Below, in pieces: positions 57,393 through 64,000 of a stretch of 64,000 nt of DNA. The stretch's first letter is position 1. Each line of letters opens with the position of its first letter. The notes under the pieces are model-generated. The model did no database searches, was not told the origin of the DNA, and was given only the letters and a program-made list of their open reading frames with translations. The stretch covers positions 129,125-193,124 of the forward strand of contig DAIDHL010000003.1 in NCBI GenBank assembly GCA_027459745.1, written 5' to 3'. The position numbers were made by a program, and so were the translations under genes. The stretch is from Candidatus Levyibacteriota bacterium (lineage in GTDB: Bacteria; Patescibacteriota; Microgenomatia; Levybacterales; UBA12049).

Positions 57393-58934
57393 TTACTTCG
57401 TGGCTATTCCGTAGATTTCTGAATACTTTTTAATAATATACTCAGTGAAATAAGTATAATCCAAAGGCTTACCTGTTACTTTTTTAATTAATTCACTTGG
57501 AAAATATAAACTCCCATATTGATGTAAATTTTCATCCAACCAATTCTTAACTGGCAATAAATTTCCTCGCAATAATTCTTTATCCACATTAACTTTTTTC
57601 TGCATCACGGATAAAACTTGTGCACCATATAGATTTCCCATAGCATAAGCTGGAAAATAACCCAAATTACCATATGCCCAATGCACATCTTGCAATACTC
57701 CTTCACTATCTGTTTTTGGCTCTACTCCCAATAATTTCTTAGACTTTTCTCTCCAAGCTTCCGGGGCATCTTTGACGGCAATTTTACCATTAATAATTTC
57801 ATTTTCCATTTCAAAACGCAATACAATATGCAAAGAATAAGTCACTTCATCAGCATGAATACGGATCAAACTTGGCTTGACCAAATCAAAGGCTTTGATC
57901 AATTCTGCTTCATCTACCCCAGCTAGTTGTTTGTCATAAAATGATTTAAATATTGGCGTTACAAAACGTAAGAAATTAGGATTTTTACCAACCATGTTTT
58001 CCCAAAATCTAGACATTCCTTCATGCACTCCCAAAGATACTCCGCCTTCTAACGGTGTCGAGGCAAAGTCTGAATTGATGCCTAATTCATATAGTGCATG
58101 CCCTGTTTCATGCACTGAAGATGTAAATGATTCACGAAAATCAGTTTCACTATAAAAAGTGGTAGTACGAATATCATGTGGACCCAACGTGGTGGTAAAA
58201 GGATGAGCTGAAATATCTACTCTACCCCGAGAGAAATCAAAACCCATTTTTTCGACCGTATAATTTAAAATCTTTTCCTGATCTGCTTTGGGATAATGCG
58301 TTAATCCGTTGATAAACTTAATCTGATCTGTATAATCTTTACTCTTAGTAATTTTTTTGATAAATGGTACCAATTCTTTTTTGATACCATTAAATAATCT
58401 GGTACATTCGGCCGCAGTCAGCTCTGGTTCATACAAATCTAGCAATGCATCATAAGGATTACTCTTATAACCTAAATGTTCGGCTATCTGCTTATCTATT
58501 TCTACAATTTTAGTGAGATGTGGTTGAAACTTTTTAAAGTTATTTTCTTCTTTGGCCGTTCGCCAATCTATAAAAGCACCCGAAGTAACTTTTTCATTTT
58601 CGATGATTAATTCTTTGGGAACTTTGTAGTAAATCTTGGCAGTAAAATTTAAATTACGTACTATGGCTTTTTCTTCGAGGGTTAAGTCTTTTTCGCTGTT
58701 GGCTTTTTCCAATAACGAACGAAACTTGCTATCAAGCCATTTATCTGTGATTACTTCTGCGATATATGCGGATTGCTCGGAACGAAAGGCTGAAGCTTGT
58801 CTAGGCAAATTTACATTCAAATCCCAACCCAATAAAGCATTCACTTTCCCCAATAAGGAAATCTCTTTATATTTCTCAAGTAACTTTTTAATAGTGGGAT
58901 TATTTACATTCTTCATAGAGGTCATTATATACAA
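57393..58934 (-). CDS. M32 carboxypeptidase (carboxypeptidase Taq family)
   Basis: 513 aa. HETGHALYE (HExxH) and HDIRTTTFY (DIRxT-like) are hallmark M32 motifs. Confidence 0.8.
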   Translation of the reverse strand: MYIMTSMKNVNNPTIKKLLEKYKEISLLGKVNALLGWDLNVNLPRQASAFRSEQSAYIAEVITDKWLDSKFRSLLEKANSEKDLTLEEKAIVRNLNFTAKIYYKVPKELIIENEKVTSGAFIDWRTAKEENNFKKFQPHLTKIVEIDKQIAEHLGYKSNPYDALLDLYEPELTAAECTRLFNGIKKELVPFIKKITKSKDYTDQIKFINGLTHYPKADQEKILNYTVEKMGFDFSRGRVDISAHPFTTTLGPHDIRTTTFYSETDFRESFTSSVHETGHALYELGINSDFASTPLEGGVSLGVHEGMSRFWENMVGKNPNFLRFVTPIFKSFYDKQLAGVDEAELIKAFDLVKPSLIRIHADEVTYSLHIVLRFEMENEIINGKIAVKDAPEAWREKSKKLLGVEPKTDSEGVLQDVHWAYGNLGYFPAYAMGNLYGAQVLSVMQKKVNVDKELLRGNLLPVKNWLDENLHQYGSLYFPSELIKKVTGKPLDYTYFTEYIIKKYSEIYGIATK

Positions 58935-58953
58935 ATCTAATAGAAATTTACAA

Positions 58954-59451
58954 TTAGATATCTAATCTATAAAAACTACCATCGCTATCATGTGCCCTTC
59001 TAAATCCATATCTACTTAGAAACTTTGGTTGAAATGTATGATTATAATTTTGTATCTCTACTCTTTGTGCTCCATATTCTCTTGCCATCTCAATTCTTCT
59101 ATCAATCATTTCTCTATAAAGACCTCTTTTTCTAAAATCTGGACTGATATAGGCATATGCTAAGTCAAGTGTAGGAAATCTCCTTTTTGCGGATGAATGC
59201 GCCAATGCACTAAAGCCCACAAGTTCTTCATTTACGTCTATTATAATGATTGCTCCTACCCATGATTTAGTTTGAATCTTTAAATTGGCAATTGTTGATT
59301 CTAAGGTCATTTTGGGATTGGACTGCTCATATCCATTTTCAACGAATATTGCTTCCTGCATGAAAGCTAGTTCACGTGTATAAGGATCCACATTCATTAT
59401 TCCCCTATCACCTGGATAAATATATTCACATCTATAGTCTTGTTCTGACAT
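58954..59451 (-). CDS. GNAT-family acetyltransferase
   Basis: Track ORF extends to 59583 and would overlap the upstream gene by about 100 nt. An internal Met (MSEQDY...) at about 59451 is the more plausible start. Confidence 0.5.
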   Translation of the reverse strand: MSEQDYRCEYIYPGDRGIMNVDPYTRELAFMQEAIFVENGYEQSNPKMTLESTIANLKIQTKSWVGAIIIIDVNEELVGFSALAHSSAKRRFPTLDLAYAYISPDFRKRGLYREMIDRRIEMAREYGAQRVEIQNYNHTFQPKFLSRYGFRRAHDSDGSFYRLDI

Positions 59452-59485
59452 GGAAAAGATTATACATCTAAATAAAGATTTCAAA

Positions 59486-60421
59486 CTAAAAAAACAAGAA
59501 TGGTTTGAGACCGAATTGATAAACTCGATAGGGTTTGGGGCCGACAAATGCTTTTCCATTAATAAAGAGAGTCGGCGTACCATAAACTCCTGTCCCTACT
59601 AATTGATCAATCTGTTTATTAACCAAAGTTTTAGTGGCCTGACTATTCACACACGCCTTGATCTTCCCTACATCATAACCTTCCTTGCCTAACAAACTTT
59701 GCACATATTCCGGTTTAAATAAATCTTCTTTACTCGAGGCGAACATCTTATCATTCCATTCCCAGAATTTATCTTTATTTTGTTGATATGCGCAATCAAC
59801 ATATGCAGTTAAATAGGAAGAAGCAGACTTAGTGGGATAATGGGCAAAAGTATATTGCACGTTATTCTCAGTTACAAATTTTTTAATTAAAGGATAGGCT
59901 TTACGCGTATAATCACACAAATAACAACCTATCAGCACAACTTTATTTTTGGCTTGAGTATTTTTAGTGGGAAATAAACTTACATTGACATTTTTTAATG
60001 TCAGATCGGATTCTGTTGGCGGCTTCAAAGAACAAGGTCTGGTCGAGATAGTAGAAACAGCACTATTATTCCCCTTGGGATCAAAGGCGCAAAACCCAGT
60101 TGAATTCAAACCATTACAATTACCATAAACATAAAAGTCATACACTCCCTTGGCTACCCAGACTGTACTGACTATGGATAAAATAAAAAATATCCAGGCC
60201 AATAATTCAAAACGATGACTAACAAATTTGGCTACCCGTGACGAACGATTTATTAATTTCCCCAAAATCTTAGCCTGCATTTTTTCTTTAAAACCCGTAT
60301 TGCATGCACGCAAAGTCACCCGGCGGAATACGCACTGAAAAGCTTCTTTCGCCAACGCCCGATGCGACGCGCTAAAGATACCTAAAATAGCGAAAACAAT
60401 TAAAGCAATAAAACAAAACAT
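59486..60421 (-). CDS. Membrane-anchored DsbA-like thioredoxin-fold thiol:disulfide oxidoreductase
   Basis: 311 aa. Two N-terminal TM helices with a CxxxxxxxxxxC pair between them. Periplasmic thioredoxin domain with CYLC (CxxC) and DsbA-like tail. Confidence 0.55.
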   Translation of the reverse strand: MFCFIALIVFAILGIFSASHRALAKEAFQCVFRRVTLRACNTGFKEKMQAKILGKLINRSSRVAKFVSHRFELLAWIFFILSIVSTVWVAKGVYDFYVYGNCNGLNSTGFCAFDPKGNNSAVSTISTRPCSLKPPTESDLTLKNVNVSLFPTKNTQAKNKVVLIGCYLCDYTRKAYPLIKKFVTENNVQYTFAHYPTKSASSYLTAYVDCAYQQNKDKFWEWNDKMFASSKEDLFKPEYVQSLLGKEGYDVGKIKACVNSQATKTLVNKQIDQLVGTGVYGTPTLFINGKAFVGPKPYRVYQFGLKPFLFF

Positions 60422-60423
60422 AA

Positions 60424-61626
60424 CTATAACAAAACATTCATTATCTTCTTCAACTCTCTCACAAACCTATCCACTTCTTCTTTGGTGTTATAAAAATAAA
60501 ATGATACACGGACAGAACCTTTTAACTGATGGGCATTAAACCATGAATGTACACAGTGCTGACCTGAACGTACCATAATCCCCTGTTCACTCAGCATCAA
60601 GGCAATTTGATGCACATCAACTTTCTCAACATAAAAACTAACAATTCCCCCTCGTTGTTTGGCATCTTCCGGACCAAGAATTTTAACTTTAGGCAATTTC
60701 AACAGTTCTGTTGTTAAATATTCATTCAACTCTTCTTCTTGTTGGGCAATTTTTTCTAAACCAACTTTCTGTAAATATCTAACTGCCTCGGCCAAACCAA
60801 TAATTCCCGCATAATCTTGTAATCCAGCTTCAAATTTTTCAGGTACAGGCAAAAATTCATGTTCGGTGTAAGTTGATGAGGCAACTGTATCCCCGCCGAC
60901 TAGAAATGGTTGCAAGTTGTCTAATAATTTTTGTTTACCATATAAAATTCCTGTCCCTGATGGACCCAACATTTTGTGTCCAGAAAAAACTACAAAGTCT
61001 GCATCTAATTTTTGTACGTCAATTTTTTCATGTGGTGCAGATTGTGCCGCATCGATTGAAACTAAAGCCTGGTGCTGATGGGCAACGTTAATAATTTGCT
61101 CAATCGGATTAGTCACGCCATCTAAATTGGAGGTCTGCACAATGGAAACTAATTTAACTTTATTTTTCTTTAATAAAGTCTCAAAGGCTGCCAAATCAAA
61201 TGTATTGTCTGGCAAAGACTTAACAATTAAATGTTTTATACCTAATTTTTCGGCTAAAACTTGCCAAGGAATTAAATTGGAATTATGTTCTTTGTCTGAA
61301 GTGACAACTATGTCACCTGATTTAAAACCCAAACTATTGGCAATTAGATTAATACCTTCAGTCGTATTGCGTGTGAAGATAATTTCTTCCTTTTTTTTCG
61401 CATTTAAGAACTTGGCAATTGTTGCTCGTGCTGCATCTACCTCTTCAGTCACCCTCGCAGCTAATTTATGCATGCTTCTGCCGCCACAGGCGGGATAATC
61501 AGTGTAGTACTCTACGATTTTATCTATCACCGATTGAGAACGCAGACTTTGACAAGCTGAATCAAAATAGACAATTTTATTATCTCGCAACAGTGGAAAA
61601 TCCTGACGAATGTGTTGTAAATCCAT
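60424..61626 (-). CDS. sufS: Cysteine desulfurase (class-V aminotransferase, SufS/CsdA-like)
   Basis: 400 aa. PLP-lysine motif FSGHKMLGPSGTGILYG. C-terminal RSGQHCVHSW resembles the SufS RAGHHCA persulfide-cysteine loop. Confidence 0.75.
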   Translation of the reverse strand: MDLQHIRQDFPLLRDNKIVYFDSACQSLRSQSVIDKIVEYYTDYPACGGRSMHKLAARVTEEVDAARATIAKFLNAKKKEEIIFTRNTTEGINLIANSLGFKSGDIVVTSDKEHNSNLIPWQVLAEKLGIKHLIVKSLPDNTFDLAAFETLLKKNKVKLVSIVQTSNLDGVTNPIEQIINVAHQHQALVSIDAAQSAPHEKIDVQKLDADFVVFSGHKMLGPSGTGILYGKQKLLDNLQPFLVGGDTVASSTYTEHEFLPVPEKFEAGLQDYAGIIGLAEAVRYLQKVGLEKIAQQEEELNEYLTTELLKLPKVKILGPEDAKQRGGIVSFYVEKVDVHQIALMLSEQGIMVRSGQHCVHSWFNAHQLKGSVRVSFYFYNTKEEVDRFVRELKKIMNVLL

Positions 61627-61715
61627 AAAAATCTATGATTCTGGCTTGACCAGAATCGAGAGAATTAAACCTAGATTCTGGAGTCACTACGCTCCCCAGA
61701 ATCATATTGTTTATC
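61627..61715. repeat. Repeat family C, copy 3, forming the sufS 5' leader: four alternating GATTCTGG / CCAGAATC 8-mers
   Basis: aaaaatctatGATTCTGGcttgaCCAGAATCgagagaattaaacctaGATTCTGGAGTCACTACGctccCCAGAATCatattg. Lies immediately upstream (minus sense) of the sufS start at 61626. Confidence 0.7.
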
Positions 61716-61932
61716 TCCCAAAGTATAAATCAAAACAAGCCTCATCAGGTGTGACCCAAGTCACAAGAAAATAATGCGGCGTAAAGTGAGAAGCGTTAAG
61801 AGTAAGTAATAAAATATTAGATCTATGATTTAAGATTAAAGATTTAAGAAACCCCGTAGAAGAAATCTTCTTAATTCCTATATCATAAATCTATAATCAT
61901 CTCTTCCTACTTAACACTTTACCCTCTAAAAC

Positions 61933-63297
61933 TTAGAATTTAGAATTTAATCTCTCTACATCTCTCCACCCAATATCTGTACGGAAATGTAGATTATTAC
62001 CTTCTATACTAATTAAGGACATGGCACTATATGCTTTATGTCTTGCTTCTATGACATTTCTCCCTTCACCAACAATATAAAATAACCTTCCACCATTGAC
62101 ATAATATTTTTTATCCTTAAATTTTACTCCCGCCCCATAAATTTTAACTCCCGGAATTTTCTTCGCCAAATGTAGACCAAAAATCTGTTTACCTTTTACA
62201 TCTGCATAATTATCTGGATAGCCTTTAGAAGCACCTGCTACTACTACTCTGGATTTTTTATTTATTTTTAATTTTAGTTTGGCTAATTTTCCCTCCACTA
62301 TCGCCATACTCACCTCAAATAAATCATTTCGCAAACCCGGCAGCATCACTTCTACTTCCGGATCACCCCAACGTGCATTAAATTCAATCACATAAGGCAC
62401 AGTTCTACCCTTATGCTTAATGATAATTCCACCCAGATATAAAACTCCTTTGTATGACCGATTTTCTTTGAACAAACCAGCAATTGTTTTTTGCACAATG
62501 TCTTTTTTTACTTGTGATAACAAACTGACATTTACTAATAACGGCGGTGTACTTGCACCCATGCCTCCAGTGTTCTCACCTTCATCAAAATCATTAACTC
62601 GTTTATGATCCTGTGCACTACCTAAAATTTGATAACTTTTGCCATCGGATAAAATAAATAAAGAAAATTCTTCGCCATTGCTGCCATCGTCATTTTGCAA
62701 CCATTCCTCCAATACATAAACTTGTCCTGCTTCCCCAAATTTTTCTAACTCTTTGATGCGCACTAATGCTTCTAAGTTATTTTTGGCTGGCAAAGCACCT
62801 TTACCTTCAGCCAACCCCGCGGCTTTAACAAACCAAGCGTTATCAATAGATTGCGATTTAAGAAATTTTTCTCCCTCTGCCACTGATTTACAAACTTTAA
62901 ATTTAGGCTGAGGCAATCCATATTTCTCACCAAAATTTCTGGCCCAAGCTTTGTCCCATTCAATTTGACCTGCTGCTTTACTCGGACCAACAACAGGAAT
63001 ATTGAGAGCTACTAATTTATCGACCAAACCAGCAGCTATGGCATTATCCTGAGCTACGTCGACCAAATCGACCTTCTCCACTTTGCATATTTCTACAATG
63101 TCTTCAATGCTGGTAGTTTTCAAATTTGGGTAAATTTTAACTGGTTTTTTAGAATTAAAACCCATCATATCATTGCCCGGTACAGCCAAAATCTTTTTAA
63201 CTTTTTTACTTTTGGCATATGCATCTACCAATGCACTCCCTCTGCCTCCAGCATCAATGACTAAAACTGTATTTAATTTTTTTCGCATAATTCTCAT
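61933..63297 (-). CDS. purD: Phosphoribosylamine--glycine ligase
   Basis: 454 aa. N-domain VLVIDAGGRGSAL. ATP-grasp with VIEFNARWGDPE (cf. the PurD motif IEFNCRFGDPE). Confidence 0.75.
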   Translation of the reverse strand: MRIMRKKLNTVLVIDAGGRGSALVDAYAKSKKVKKILAVPGNDMMGFNSKKPVKIYPNLKTTSIEDIVEICKVEKVDLVDVAQDNAIAAGLVDKLVALNIPVVGPSKAAGQIEWDKAWARNFGEKYGLPQPKFKVCKSVAEGEKFLKSQSIDNAWFVKAAGLAEGKGALPAKNNLEALVRIKELEKFGEAGQVYVLEEWLQNDDGSNGEEFSLFILSDGKSYQILGSAQDHKRVNDFDEGENTGGMGASTPPLLVNVSLLSQVKKDIVQKTIAGLFKENRSYKGVLYLGGIIIKHKGRTVPYVIEFNARWGDPEVEVMLPGLRNDLFEVSMAIVEGKLAKLKLKINKKSRVVVAGASKGYPDNYADVKGKQIFGLHLAKKIPGVKIYGAGVKFKDKKYYVNGGRLFYIVGEGRNVIEARHKAYSAMSLISIEGNNLHFRTDIGWRDVERLNSKF

Positions 63298-63376
63298 TTA
63301 TTTGTCATTCCAGCAAAAGCTGGAAACCAGAAAAAAATCCGCCTGGATCCCAGATCAAGTCTTGGATGACAGAATA

Positions 63377-64000
63377 TTATCCCTCCGGATAAGCTGCTAT
63401 CGCTTTCTTTTTGCATTCTCTTAACAATTCTTCTTCCTCTGGCCACACCAAACTACCTCTTTTGGCTTCTTCTTTCACTTTACCAGCGGCCACATCTTGC
63501 AATAAAGCAATTTGCACATGATGTTCATATGGCAAAACACGTGCCTGTAAACTGTCTATACTATCATCTCGTTTTATTTCAATTCGTTGAGATTTAACCA
63601 CTGCGCCTTGATCAAAATTTCTGTCCACTCGCTGAGCAATCGCCTCTGTCCACCAATCTCTATCAGTCTGTTGAACAAATTCCAACCTCGCTGCATGCAC
63701 TCTTCTACCATACATCCCCATACCCCCAAATTCGGGCACTGGGCCTGGATGCTGATTGAAAATAAATCCTGGATAAGCATCTATAACATTTTCCGGTGTC
63801 AAAGGTAGCCAGCCATTCTGGGTAACTACCGTGATATTACGGCCTTTTAGCTCTTCTAGTATTGCTTCTCCAAATCTAACACGATCAACTTTACCATTTG
63901 TTTTATACTCGTAAGGATTTATGACAACAATATTTTCTCGAGGAATTTCTAATTGTCTAGCTTTAACTATTCCACCCGCAGTAGGTGTACTGGAGATTAT
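63377..64000 (-). CDS. purN: Phosphoribosylglycinamide formyltransferase-like (formyl_trans_N domain), N-terminus beyond window
   Basis: The reading frame stays open upstream of the track ORF's Met all the way to the window edge (my translation). GWLPLTPENVIDAYPGFIFNQHPGP resembles the PurN region (ILSPEFV...NIHPSLLP). Confidence 0.5.
   Translation of the reverse strand: MISSTPTAGGIVKARQLEIPRENIVVINPYEYKTNGKVDRVRFGEAILEELKGRNITVVTQNGWLPLTPENVIDAYPGFIFNQHPGPVPEFGGMGMYGRRVHAARLEFVQQTDRDWWTEAIAQRVDRNFDQGAVVKSQRIEIKRDDSIDSLQARVLPYEHHVQIALLQDVAAGKVKEEAKRGSLVWPEEEELLRECKKKAIAAYPEG

Noticed and set aside
59451-59583. Extended N-terminus of the GNAT ORF (track start 59583)
   Set aside because: It would overlap the upstream DsbA-like gene by about 100 nt in another frame. 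An internal Met gives a more plausible start.
1-64000. Alternative genetic code (UGA=Gly, as in Gracilibacteria/SR1)
   Set aside because: Long conserved genes (cyoB, htrA, ctpA, M32 peptidase) are uninterrupted under the standard code, and TGA is used as a terminal stop (e.g. 26324-26326, the rc of the stop of the His-rich gene).
1-64000. tRNA, rRNA, integrase, transposase or prophage genes
   Set aside because: By-eye scanning of intergenic regions found no cloverleaf-like GC-rich segments or T-loop consensus (GTTCGAATC-like). No ORF resembles recombinases or phage structural proteins.

Overview
This is an AT-rich bacterial window (roughly one-third GC by eye), densely packed with about 70 protein genes. 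Standard genetic code: TGA is used as a stop and conserved genes read through intact. I found no rRNA, no tRNA, no CRISPR array and no integrase or transposase. The most unusual feature is a 6-kb locus (47.4-53.8 kb) laced with at least three families of conserved intergenic repeats that are not protein-coding; I call them A, B and C, and they are the best candidate for something undescribed.

Recognisable content, in order:
- A cellulose-synthase-like GT2, a GH8 endoglucanase and a Pro/Thr/Ser-rich protein, apparently one operon at the left edge.
- A KefB-like CPA2 antiporter, a CcdA-thioredoxin fusion, and a DnaQ-type exonuclease fused to a GIY-YIG nuclease.
- Envelope proteases HtrA and CtpA.
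- An rpsF-ssb-rpsR operon that is not followed by rplI.
- Two convergent FabH-like (KAS III) genes, and YchF.
- A GLUG/LysM surface protein.
- A stress and detox accessory stretch: MerR/TipA-like and ArsR regulators, VOC, SRPBCC and GNAT proteins, three RibD_C-type reductase paralogs, an MFS pump and a SET-domain protein.
- A complete cyoABCDE quinol-oxidase operon.
- A sugar-acid and redox cluster: glycerate kinase, a split transketolase (N- and C-terminal subunits as separate genes), a GlcD-like FAD oxidase, a PfkB-kinase/aldolase fusion and an NDH-2.
- DUF2207, an M32 carboxypeptidase, SufS-type cysteine desulfurase, PurD and a partial PurN.

The repeat families:
- B is a roughly 100-nt element present four times with only a handful of substitutions between copies. 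Three copies sit in the 5' leaders of the transketolase C-terminal subunit gene, the GlcD-like oxidase gene and ndh.
- A is a roughly 70-bp imperfect palindrome centred on a perfect 22-24 bp CTAG palindrome. Copies at 47.5 and 53.6 kb are in inverted orientation.
- C is built on a GATTCTGG / CCAGAATC hairpin. It is interleaved four times in the sufS leader, where the arms could form alternative pairings.
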